Notes under the pieces: model-generated
What the model saw: the letters and a program-made list of their open reading frames with translations, nothing else
Database searches by the model: none
What the model was told of the DNA's origin: nothing
Assembly: GCF_006345805.1 (NCBI RefSeq)
Contig: NC_043005.1
Coordinates: forward strand, 100,998,001-101,062,000
Direction of reading: 5' to 3'
DNA from: Octopus sinensis
Taxonomy: Eukaryota
DNA length: 64,000 bases
Translations under genes and position numbers: made by a program
Shown: positions 25,424 through 37,468 of the stretch, piece after piece
Layout: every line of letters begins with the position of its first letter
How positions within the stretch are numbered: the first letter of the stretch is position 1

Positions 25424-26339
25424 CAGTGGTTCTCAAGCCTTTTTTTTTTGCATAAGGACCCCCTTGGTCCCTATTTCACTCTATTGTACCCTCATAGCCA
25501 TTGAGTGTTTAAAAAATTCTATTGTATTTTTATAATTAAATATTATTGGGAATTGTACAATAGTACACAGGAGTGGCTGTGTGGTAAGAAGCTTGCTTCC
25601 CAACCACATAGTTCTGGGTTCAGTCCTATTACGTGGCACCTTGGGGAAGTGTCTTCTACTATTATAGCCTTGGGCTGATCAAAGCCTTGCGAGTGGATTT
25701 GGTAGACGGAAACTGAAAGAAGCCTGTTGTATATATACATACATACTGAGACCCCCTTTGGTTATGAATGACCATGGGATTGCACCTACAAAATTACACT
25801 CCGAGGCACAAGTCCAGGCAAGGTTGTTTATGGAAGGCCAGCAGTCGCCCATTTCTACAGCTGAGTGAACTGAAGCAACATGAAATAAAGCATCTTGCTC
25901 AAGAACACAACACACAGCCTGGTCTGGGAATCGAACTCACAACCTCATGATTGTAAGCTCGACGCTCTAACCCCTGAGCCATATATATATATATATGTAT
26001 GTATGTATGTGTGTGTTTATGTATGTATGTATGTATGTATGTATCGCTTGACAACCGATTTTGGGTTGTTTATGTCCCTTTAACTTAGCAGTTTGGCAAA
26101 AGAGACCGATAGAATAAGTACTAGGCTTACAAAGAATAAGTCCTGGGATTGATTTACTCAACTAAAGGCGATGCCCCAGTATGGCCACAGTCAAATGACT
26201 GAAACAAGTAAAAGAAAAAACAATTGTTAAAATATTTTGTGTATTTTAGAAGTATAAGCAATGTATTGCATATAAATTTTAACAACAAAATCTTACATGG
26301 ATCCTTAAGGGCCAGATGGCCCCCAGTTGAGAATCACTG
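25424..26339. mobile_element. hAT MITE carrying nested SINEs
   Basis: TIRs cagtggttctcaa / ttgagaatcactg; 8-bp TSD atctaatg at 25416-25423 and 26340-26347. Confidence 0.9.
25566..26218 (+). mobile_element. SINE family B interrupted by a family E SINE (25746-25980, minus)
   Basis: B head and tail separated by the insertion in the internal microsatellite. Confidence 0.85.
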
Positions 26340-26351
26340 ATCTAATGGATA

Positions 26352-26704
26352 CTGAGACCCCCTTTGGTCATGACTGACCGTGGGATTGCACCTACAAAGT
26401 TACCCTCCCAGACACAAATCCGGGCAAGTTTGTTTATGGAAGGCCAGTGGTCACCCATGCATACCGGCCTCCCCTTTCCATGCCACCAGTGTTGTCCAAG
26501 GGAAACACAAAGGCCAATACAGCTTGGCACCTGTGATGTTACAACTCATTTATACAGCTGAGTGAACTGGAGTAATGTGAAATAAAGTGTCTTGCTCAAG
26601 AACACAACCTGCAACCTGGTCTGGGATTCAAACTCACAACCTCGCGATTGTAAGCTCGACTCTCTAACCACTGAGCCATGTGCCTTCCCTGAGCCATGCG
26701 CCTT
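26352..26704 (-). mobile_element. SINE family E (tail ggggtctcagt)
   Basis: Homologous to 25746-25980; flanking repeat tctaatggata on both sides. Confidence 0.85.
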
Positions 26705-27452
26705 CTAATGGATAGATGCTCTTCTTAAAGATGAGAAGATACAGCACCAGTGAATTTTAACAGACATGGCTGAGTAGTTAAGAAGTTTGTTTTGCAACCA
26801 TGAGATCTTGGGTTGGATCCCACAGTACACAGCATCTTGGCTATATGTCTTTTAACATAAACCTCAAGTGAACCCAACCTCTGTGGATGAACTTAGGCAG
26901 ATGGAAATTGTGAGGAAGTCTGTTGGATGGTTTGTGCTGGTAATTCACAACGATAGCTTTGTCACACACTGTGTTACATTAACTCTAACTCAGGATTATA
27001 TTAAGAGCACACCTGTCTGTGAAATACGTACTAATTTTTAACTGGTAGTTTTTTTTCAACCCAGTGAAGGTAAAAGACAAAGTAGACCTTGGCAACAATT
27101 GTACTCACAGCATAAATATTCATAACTAAGGATTTTGCCAATCTAATAATAATGATATTTATTATTATTTTTTATTGCCCACAAGAGGCTAAACATAGAG
27201 GGGACAAACAAGAACAGACAAGGAGATTAAGTCGATTACATTGACCCCAGTGATTAACTGGTACTTATTTAATCGGCCCTGAAAGGATGAAAGCAAAGTC
27301 TAATAATAATAACAATACAAATAAAATCTAACATAGCAGCAGCAGCTGTGGTGGTGGTGGTGGTGGTGGTGGTGGCAATGGTAGTGGTGGCAGCAGCAAA
27401 ATTTTCAGTGTTTTAAACATGAAATGTGTGTTGTTTATAATTGCAACAGCAG

Positions 27453-27657
27453 CCATCCAAGAATTTGGACCTGGAGATCTCCATTTCCAGGGACTTTGAG
27501 GACCACCTCCCAGCGGTGTCGGGCGTCAACGAAGAGACCTCGACTACAACAAGACGACCAAAGTTTTTTTTTTTCCAAGGTCTGGGGTCTCCTGCCCCTA
27601 AGCCCTAGACCATCACCTAATCACCCTTACCCATCTTGTTGCTTAACAGCAACAACA
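27453..27657 (+). mobile_element. Short retroposon 3' end with CAA/CAG tail
   Basis: Terminal cccttacccatcttgttgcttaac shared with 44377-44661; TSD gcaacagcag at 27443-27452 and 27658-27667. Confidence 0.6.
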
Positions 27658-27764
27658 GCAACAGCAGAGGCAGTTATAGCAGCAGCAGCAACACCAGCAG
27701 CAGCATTACTTATAAGTGATAGCAGGTTTATATTACTATCAACGAATTATAAGACAGGTCACTA

Positions 27765-28010
27765 TGCCAATGGGTTATATGATGAATCACTGTCACAAGG
27801 GGTTATATGATACACCACTGTCACAAGGGATTATATGATACACCACTGTCACAGTTGGTTATATAGCGTATCATTGTGTTGGTAGGTTATATGATATATC
27901 ACTATCTTAATGGGTTTTATGTGTCACTGTTACAACAGGTCATAAGACAGGTCTCTTTCTCAATGGATTTATACTCGCCTTTGTCCCAGTGGGTTACATA
28001 AACTCACTAA
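27765..28010. repeat. ~28-bp degenerate minisatellite (ttatatgatacaccactgtcacaaggg)
   Basis: Three clear units followed by decayed ones. Confidence 0.75.
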
Positions 28011-28329
28011 CATATTAACTACTGTTCGATTATTGATTTCCATAAAAAGAAACAACTCAGTGCCATTCCATCGTCTGATCAGTGTCGGATCAATGAAAAG
28101 TAACTGCATGCCTCTTGGGAAGAACTTATATGGAAATCAAACTAAAGAGATTACCAATATTTAATCATCGAGAAATTGGCTGCTGTGTAATTCCTCAGCA
28201 CTTTTCTTTCCAGCAAAGCAGTGTTTGCTCCTCTGTATTCTACTTGGAGTATTCATGGATGTATTTAAGGCTTATTTTATGAGAGATCACTGGACAGATG
28301 GAAGGATCGATAAAAACTATTCTATCAAG

Positions 28330-28500
28330 ATGCAGTGTGCAAGAGAGGAGACTAAGGAGCTGATACGGGTGTATGAATACATATGGAGGATGCCAGTCAG
28401 TGGCATGGAAAAATGGCAAATGCTTGAAGTGGATGGGCGTTGCGGGAGAGGGTGAATTAGGAAGAGATATGATGAAGTGGTGAAAGAACCATAATGAGCA
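28330..28500 (+). mobile_element. Old RTE ORF2 C-terminal remnant
   Basis: EVDGRCGRG*IRKRYDEVVKE parallels the 5600-5690 peptide. Confidence 0.55.
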
Positions 28501-28913
28501 GTAAAAACTGTGCTGGAGAAGATTCACCGACCCGTGGAAGATCTGCATCTAAGTGTTTCACTCACTGGGTTCCTGTTACCCCTCTCCATTACTCTCTTAT
28601 CTATCACTTAGTCTTTGCCACTATCACCATGATAACTGTGTAATGATGGATGGTACCGGATCTGTTCATATCTAATCCTCTGCTACCACCATCCTTGATC
28701 CTTCTACTTCATTCTATCACGTTGCATGCATAACAAGGAATGGGATTGCATTTGTCCATATCTAATCCACTCCTTCAAATTATCTTTCTTTACTGTAAAC
28801 TATCTCTCTCTCTCTCATATTACTCTCTTTCCCCACAATTCTCCCTCTCTCTCTTCTATTACCCTCTCTTTCTCCCTCTCTTCTATAACTTTCTCCCTTA
28901 TTATTGACATCCA

Positions 28914-29270
28914 TCGGTGAGCTGGTAGAACTGTTAGTACACCAGGCGAAATGCGTAGCCATATTTCATCTGCCATTAACGTTCTAAGTTCAAATTCCGC
29001 TGAGGTTGACTTTACTTTTCATCCTTTCGGGGTCGATAAATTAAGTACCAGTTATGCACTGGGGTCGATATGATTGACTTAATCTGTTTGTCTGTCCTTG
29101 CATGTCCTCTCTGTATTTAGCCCCTTGTGGGTAGTAAAGAAATAGGTATTTCATCTGCCGCTATGTTCTGAGTTCAAATTTCACCATGGTCAACTTTGCC
29201 TTTCATCATCTTGGGATTGATGAAATAAGCACCAGTTATGCACTGGATCAATATATTCAATTAGCCCTCT
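28914..29270 (+). mobile_element. SINE family A with partial second unit
   Basis: Junction aaagaaataggtatttcatctgcc at about 29138. Confidence 0.85.
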
Positions 29271-29827
29271 TTCTCAAAAACCTATGGCCTTGTGCCTAGA
29301 ATAGAAATGATTGTATTCTCTCTCTTTCTCTCAGCCTCTCCATTTTGTTGTCTTGAACAAATAGAGATGACGCAGGGTTGCAATGACTCCCTAGTCTTGT
29401 CAACACTCTAGCGTTGGCTCTACCATAAACTCAGCAGCACGCTCTGTAAAGTATTAAAGAAGGGGATCCAGCCATTGAAACCAAGCAAAAAAACAAAAAA
29501 ACAAACTAAAATATATAGGTTCAAGTGTGGCTATGTGGTAAGAAGCTTGCCTCCCAACTACATGTTTCTGGGTTCAGTCCTCCCCCTCCTCTTCCCTTCT
29601 CTTTTCATCTGCTTTCTCCTGCTTTATCTTTTCCTCTTCTCTTGTCTCTCCACAACTATAATCAATAGGTCCAGTCAATGATCCTTTCTACTGGAAGCAC
29701 AAGGCCTCAAAAGTGGGTAACTGGTACTTCACTTATCAATGCTGAAAGAACGAAATGCAAAGTCGATTCTGCCAGCTTGCCACCTTTGGGTCCAATCAAT
29801 GATGCTTGCATTGACAATTGCTGTTAA

Positions 29828-30892
29828 CCCTTTGACATTTAAATCTGCCAGTACTGCCTGACTGGCCCTTATGCCAGTGGCACGTAAAAGCACCCACTAC
29901 ACTCTCGGAGTGGTTGGCGTTAGGAAAGGCATCCAGCTGTAGAAACTCTGCCAGATCAGATTGGAGCCTGGTGCAGCCATCTGGTTTGCCAGACCTCAGT
30001 CGAATCATCCAACCCATGCTAGCATGGAAAGCAGACGTTAAATGACAATGATCATGATAATGGTGATGATGATGTCTGGCCCAAATATTCTACCTGTCTT
30101 ATGTTCAAACTGACCAGATCTGGACTCTCACACCTACCCTATAATGTCGTCATAAAAATAAACAATCACATCATGATAAGACGCATCAAGCTAAGTAACA
30201 TCATTGTCTTCCACACACTCAGGCTTGCCTTTCAGGTGCCAGTGCCACTTAAAAATCACCTGTGCTGGTGCTGCCTTAATGCACCTGTGACAGAGACATG
30301 TAAAAAGCACCCATCACACTCTGTTAAGTGGTTGGCATTAGGAAGGGCATCCAGCCACAGAAACCATGCCACAACAGACAGCTTGAGTTTGGACAGCTCT
30401 GTGCTAGCCGGCTCCATGTCAAACCATCCAACTCCTTCCAGCAAGGAGACTGGACGTTAAACAATGAGGATGATGATGATCATCATCAAAATCTTGAAGC
30501 TTCAAGATAATGCATGACCAACTGAAAACAATTTGTTGTGCTGGTGGCACGTAGAAAGCACCATCCGAACATGGCCGATGCCAGCTCCACCTTGACTGGC
30601 TTCCGTGCCGGTGGCATGTAAAAAGCACCAAAAGATCATGGCTGCTGCCAGCCTCCCCTGGCACCTGTGCCAGTGTCATGTAAAAAGCACCCACTACACT
30701 CTTGGAGTGGTTGGCGTTAGGAAAGGCATCCAGCTGTAGAAACACTGCCAGATCAGACTGGAGCCTGGTGCAGCCTCCTGGCTTCCCAGACTCCAGTCGA
30801 ACCGTCCAACCCATGCTAGCAAGGAAAACAGACGTTAAACGATGATGATGATGAAACACTACATTTGACCGAATAATCTGAAAGGTGAAGGG
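29828..30892. mobile_element. piggyBac-like MITE interrupted by three RTE 3' UTR insertions
   Basis: TTAA at 29824-29827 and 30893-30896; MITE pieces align to the 51304 copy; RTE pieces at about 29860-30075, 30200-30490, 30530-30853 (+). Confidence 0.7.
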
Positions 30893-32386
30893 TTAAGTCC
30901 CCTTCATCAATTTGAATAGAAGCACACTTCTAAGCAGTAGAGGTTAGTTGCCTGAAGACGAAAGAATGAGAACTCTAAAACAAAATAATCTCGCAGACCC
31001 AGCTTTGAACAAATAATAGCAATTATGTATGCATGTGTGTGTGCATATATGCATGTGTGTGTATGCGTGTGTTTGTTTTCAATTCCAGGAGAAACAGACT
31101 TTATGTTATCTACAGTTTTGGAGTAATTACTCAACAGCACACATTTTATATTTTTGTTCACAACACAGCATCAATACTTTCAGTGCAAGCTTAATGAACA
31201 CTATAGTAACAGCCACATTAATTGGATGAGCAATTTGATGCAGCCTAGAAACTTCAATGAACCATATGGGGAAAATTTACAGTTTTATCTATGCAATACA
31301 AAGCAATTTTTATCCATTGTGTATAAAAGCACATCCTGTGAGTAGCTTGGGATGTAAAATTTAATTCATGAATTTCTTGTTTGGGATTTTTTAAATTCTG
31401 TTTCATCCTATTGATTTTTTTTACATCGTTTTTGTAAAACAATTTTCTGTAATAGAATTTTGTTGTTGAAGCATTATTTAGATTAAATAAACAACCTAGA
31501 AGGAGTTTAGTAAACAAAAATGAAGGGAAAATTACTTTCAAGTAATTCTTCTACAAACACTCGCAGAATACTGATTTGTATGGCATGTAACTTCATGATA
31601 GAATTTATTCTGAGGAATATGGCTCGCTTCTTTAAGATGTGTTCTCAAATTAATGAGGAATCTAATTCAATCCAGTAATATCTTAATATAGCATAATGTT
31701 GTTCATCTTCTTCATTGTTTTAGCTTTGTTTTCGACAATTTCTTTTTGTGGGTTGTTATTTTTTTAATGTTATATTTCAGTCAGAGGTTATCTATATTGA
31801 TTTCTGAGATCAATGATTTTAACAAATCACTAAATGCTTTGATGAAACAAAGATTCTCCAACTTTTCTGAAGAATTCAACTGGCAAATAACAAGCTAAAA
31901 GCTGCAAAAAATACATAAGTAAATTTCTTCTTTTCTGCCCAATCCCATACATAATTAAACAAAGTATATTTAGCAAAGTTGTGCTGTAAGCATGCAGCAG
32001 CAACAACAACAACACAGTAGTATTAAAGGCTACATATTTCCAGCTTCCACTGATCTTGAAGCAACAACAAGAACAAAACAGTGAATGGAAAGACAAAGTA
32101 GAGAGACATGATCAATAATCAATAATTTTCCTAATGCAACTACAAATACCATCTATACTTTCTCAAATCACATCCACATTGTTTAGTAATTTTCCTTTCT
32201 TTTAATCTGTTTCTGCTCGGTGGCACCCCCACTCACCTACCTCCCCAACAAACAAATGCTGGACTACTTCTCAGCTAATACTCCTTATAGATGACTAAGT
32301 GATTACAGCATTACTTATATTAACAATACTCTTCACTAAGTACCAGTGTTGCATTTTTACATTGGTTTTGTTTTGTTTTTTTTTTG

Positions 32387-32422
<36 letters not shown>

Positions 32423-33430
32423 TACATATTTGTTTGTTTGTTTATTCTTTATTTTTATCATACAAATCAATTCATTAATGTATTACATTCAGTATGATAG
32501 CTACGATAGCATTATGAAATATCAGTTTTAACAGACTCGAAGCCAATGATAATGGAGCACCTGCCTCTAATTCCTCACTGAACCAACTTATCTAAGTGGT
32601 TGCCACATCCCTTTCAGCAAATACAGGTACATCTTTTTTTTTTTCGTATCAGGTAAGAATTCAAAAATAAAGAAATAAATTCTGCAGGTGTTTCAGAATG
32701 TAAACTTGAATTCTGATAAAATTATTCAATGCATATTTTATAGGCTGTATCTTTGTCAATATAACAATCGTGGATCACCTAATTGAATAAATCTTGAAAG
32801 TATCATTGCTTCTGTAACCACTTAAATGCTACATTATATTCAAATCAATTATTCATTTAAGGCATTGTATGGCAAAGAATAAAACGCAGTTGTTGTATGG
32901 ATCTATAGACTGATGACCTAGCAAAACTCGGTTCCATTCAGGCTCTGCTCGTCTATATTCTAAAGCCTACATGCAAAACACTGAAGCACATGCACATTCA
33001 CATGCAACCGTATACACACTGAAAACAGAAGTGTGTGCAGGCAAGCACCGGCTTTCTGTCACCCTTTTCCTTACACAAACGCACACAAAAGTGTGCATGC
33101 CCACACACACAACCGCATGCACAGATGCACACACATATCAATGCATACATGCACGCTCACACATCACCAACAACTGCAGGCACAGCAATGAATGCACACA
33201 CTGACACACATCTACACCCTGCCAACCACCCTCATCCACTTCTACACCAGCTTACATACATACTCAGGAGAGATTATGAATATAGAATCTTATACAGTAA
33301 ATAGACCTGTAGGCTTGAAACAGATTTTTAACTTTTTGCTTTTAATAGTAGCAGAGAAGAAGGGGAGGAGGAGGGGGAAATATAATTGTAAAATGAATAA
33401 TTCCTGTTCTGCATTATACTGTTGCTTTGA

Positions 33431-33486
<56 letters not shown>

Positions 33487-33523
33487 CCTAACTAACTGTA
33501 TATATATATATATATATATATAT

Positions 33524-33818
33524 TAAAATGACGGTGAAAAATTGAGTATTAATTTGATTAATATCAATTTAAAACCAGTGGTCTAGCATATTAAAATCTG
33601 AACATTCAGAAAATTATATTGCATACATATATAGGGATGGCCACAACGTTGACAACCTTTATGCTAGAAGTTGATCCGCTATGGTTTTAGTGCTAAGACC
33701 ATAGCAGATCTACTTCTAGCATAAGGGTTATTCACATTGTGGTCATCTTATATGTATGTAATATATATATATAGATATATATATATTATATTATATACAT
33801 ATATATACAATATGTATG

Positions 33819-33859
<41 letters not shown>

Positions 33860-34130
33860 GTCATATGTGACAATTATTTAGTAGACATGATAAACCTCCG
33901 AGTTTCGGATGCCGAGGTGGAAATCCACACCACCATCTCTTCAGTTATCCGGCCATCGGAAAAAATGCCATGAAAATGATGGCAGCATGGATTTCCACCT
34001 CGGCATCTGAAACTCGGAGTTTGATCATGGCTACTGAATAATTGTCACATATTACATTTACAGATAAATTCCTCTATTTACAGAATATCGAGGTCTCTTT
34101 CATTCTTTTGTTGTCTTACCATTTTTATCA
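33524..34130. mobile_element. (TA)n-flanked hairpin-rich element(s), putative PLE pseudo-LTRs
   Basis: Inverted repeats 33636-33747 and 33858-34057; hammerhead-like core on the minus strand. Confidence 0.55.
33889..33949 (-). ncRNA. Decayed type-I hammerhead ribozyme
   Basis: Minus strand: gataa CTGAAGA [gatg..gtggatttccac..catcc] GAAA ctcggag g t ttatc; U16.1 is mutated to G. Confidence 0.5.
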
Positions 34131-34929
34131 ATATATATATATATATATAATTGTATAATGGTTTTATATACTTGGTAAAATTTATTAATTATAAATTAAT
34201 AATTTTTTACCCTATATCTATAATATGTGTGTGTGTGTGTGTGTATAGTGATTTGATATATGTGTGTGCGTGTGTGTATATATATCATGATCATGATCCT
34301 CATTTTAGTGCCCTCTGTTCTACACCTGCATGAGGCAATCAGAGTTTGCTGAGGCAGATTTTTGACAGTTAAATACCTTTCCTGTTGCTAACCTCACCTC
34401 TTTCCAAGCAAGTTAATATTTCTCAATGGCTCAGCGTCTTCTTTTCACAGTAGACTAAAAACAAACAACATCGGCCGTATGACAGGGATGCTCCTTCTAC
34501 AGCCATCATGGGAGTGTGAACACAAAGGTACACACAAAAATACATACAGGTACACACACACACATACACACACACACAAACATATATACAACTATGATGA
34601 TAGTCTCCTGTAGGATGGGAAAGATGGCTCTGCAGTTTCTTGCAGAATAGCCGACACATATGATTTGTTTATAGCAATCAAATGTTTCTGCCACACACAT
34701 TAGCTCATTCTCTCAATCAAATTCACATTGCTGGATCAGGTGCATGGCATACCATACACCAGGTGCTGAAGTGATTACAGAACAACGTGAGATGAATTAT
34801 TTCAATAAAGAACACAACACCTGCTCCTGGAATTGAAACCACAGTCTTGCAATCATGAGTGCAACACCTTAACCACTAGGCCATGTGCCCTGTTATACAT
34901 ACATACATACATAAAAACGATAAACATTG

Positions 34930-35228
34930 CCCTTTTCAAGCCTAACCAATCTCATGGGCCCGGTTTCCCAGTTTCTGTGGCATATGTGTTCCCTGCAGCT
35001 GGACCGGACGCCAGTCCATTACAGCGTTACTCAAGAAACAGGAAGAGAGAGTGAAAGAAAGTTGTGTCAAAAGAATATAATTGGGATCGCCACCACCCCC
35101 TGCCGGAGCCTCGTGGAACTTTTAGGTATTTTTGTTCAATAAACACACAATGCCCGGTCTGGGAATTGAAACCATGATCCTCCAACCATGAGTCCACTGC
35201 CCTAACCACTGGACCATTGCGCCTCCAC
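34930..35228 (-). mobile_element. SINE family C
   Basis: Reverse complement of the 46590-type head. Confidence 0.85.
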
Positions 35229-36454
35229 ACATACATACATACATATGATAGGCTTCTTTCAGATTTTACTTTATGAAATCTGCTCACAACGTTTTGGTCA
35301 TCAAAAGCTATAGTAGAAAGTATTTGCCTGAGGTACCAAACAATCTGGTTGATAAATGACAGTATTAACCGTCATTAAATTTCAAATAAATAAACCACTA
35401 CTTGACTTGTCATTTATCAAACAATGTCATCTCTCATTCTGTTTTGCCAACACAACTTCTTCTGCTCCGTTGAACCTACAACTGCCATATTTAATTGAAA
35501 TTTACTTAGTTTCTTCACCCAATTTCTAATTAATTAGTATGTGTAATAACTAGCATAGCTAGGAGGGGGAGCGGTAGGGGTAGTATGTCCTGGGCTGCAC
35601 TTTTAAAGGGGCAGCACTTTTGGATCTGCTGCAGGCAATATGTGGTATTTGTGGGGTCTGGGGGTGGCAAATGGAAGGGCTGCCCCAGGGGCACACATTT
35701 TAGCCTGTAGTTAAAACTCCCAAAATAATAAAATAATAATAATAATTAAATTATTGTATACTGTGCTCAGGTGCACCACAACTTGTCAAAAGTGTGTATT
35801 AAGCATATGCAGTAATGTACAAATGTCTGGAAAGCGAACAATGCATGAGGCAGATACATGCTTGTGTGTGTATGGAGAGGAGAAAATCAGGTGTAGTGTT
35901 GGTGAATCTCAGGAAGCATGGAAGTTTTGAAGGATGCAGTGCTCCAACAACTAACAACTGATGCCGGCAGTTTGTTCCATACTTTATACAACTGATGTAC
36001 ACAAAAACTACAGATAAAGACAGAGAGACATTGCAACAGATCGCGCTTCCATTTTCTCTCACTTAGCAAGGATTAAAGAAATATTATTGATCAACATTTC
36101 AATATGAATGGTTACATGGGTTGGATGGGTCTACAGCAAATTGTCAATCGTTTGTACAGAGACATTGATGGAATAAACAATTTTATACTTGTTGTAAATA
36201 ATAAAAATTTGAAAATATGACAATTTGGGAAAAAAGGCGTGAGTAAAAAAATAATTGGTTTCTTGATAATAATGCAGAAAGAACTTACCACTTAGGTCTA
36301 CTGTTAGATCGAACAAGGGGTGACATCCCTTCACGGTACAAGGATTTTGTCTTGCTGAAATTCACAATGTTGAATATGACTCTCTGAAAGAAAAGAAAAT
36401 ATTTCTATTCAAACAATGTGTGCATCGTTTACAATGTATACAGAATTGTAGAAC

Positions 36455-36685
36455 TGTGCAAGCTGGCAGAAATGTTAGCACGCCGGGCGAAATGCTTATG
36501 GGTAGTTCGTGTGTCTTTACGTTCTGAGTTCAAATTCCGCCGAGGTCGACTTTGCCTTTCATCCTTTCGGGGTCGATTAAATAAGTACCAGTTATGCACT
36601 GGGGTCGATATAATCGACTTAATCCATTTGTCTGTCCTTGTTTGTCCCCTCTGTGTTTAGTCCCTTGTGGGAAGTAAAGAAATAA
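36455..36685 (+). mobile_element. SINE family A
   Basis: Near-consensus copy. Confidence 0.9.
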
Positions 36686-36859
36686 GGACAGTGCTAACTG
36701 TATGATATTGCCTCAGAAAACTACACTTTAGAGACTTGATGTATAAAAAACACAACACGATCCATATGATACCGTTAGAAAAATTCCTTATCCTTATTAA
36801 AGTGGCAAGCTGGGATGACCAACAGAATGATGGACAAAATGCTGAGTGGAATTCCATCT

Positions 36860-37000
36860 GTCTTTCCAGTTCTACCAGTTAAAACAACATTTGCACTTTT
36901 TGCAGGGATGGTAAGCCAGGGATCAATTTGAAGTGATTTGATCACTGCCAGCACTCCTGTAATCACTGGTATTGTAAGAGCCTTGAGATGCCCCTTCATC
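36860..37000 (-). mobile_element. R4/Dong LINE C-terminal remnant
   Basis: GHLKALTIPVITGVLAVIK parallels WHLKVVAIPVIVGALAMIK at about 40100. Confidence 0.6.
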
Positions 37001-37468
37001 TTCCATCCTTTCAAGGATTGATAAAATAAGTACCAGTTGATGTACTTGACTAGCCACCACAAATTTCAGGCCTTGTGCCTATAGTACAAAGGGTTATAAT
37101 AATAATAATAATAATTATTATTATCATTACTATTATTATTATTATGATTACTATTATTATTAAGGCAGTGAGCTGGTAGAATCGTTAGCATGCCAGGTGA
37201 AAATGTTTGGTGGCATTTCTTCTGTCTTTATATTTTGAGTTCAAATTCCACCGAGGTTGCTGTAGCCTTTCATCCTTTACAGGGTCGATAAAATAAGTAC
37301 CAGTTTATTACTGGGGTCAATGTAATTGACTTAAATCTCTCTCCCGAAATTGCTATCCTTGTGCCAAAAACTGAAACTATCGTTATTATTATTATTATTA
37401 TGATTATGATTATTATTATTATTATTATTATTTTAAGAGGATTGATGTAACTCCTTACAAAGGTAAGT

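Noticed and set aside
27765-28010. CRISPR-like array (also 14030-16010, 54300-54895)
   Set aside because: Units are contiguous and degenerate with no unique spacers; eukaryotic context, no cas genes
32895-32940. CTGATGA...caaaactcggttc as a hammerhead
   Set aside because: GAAA absent, no convincing stem II, stem I not adjacent to the core
35550-35710. GC-rich possible hAT MITE
   Set aside because: Termini too decayed to define TIRs or a TSD
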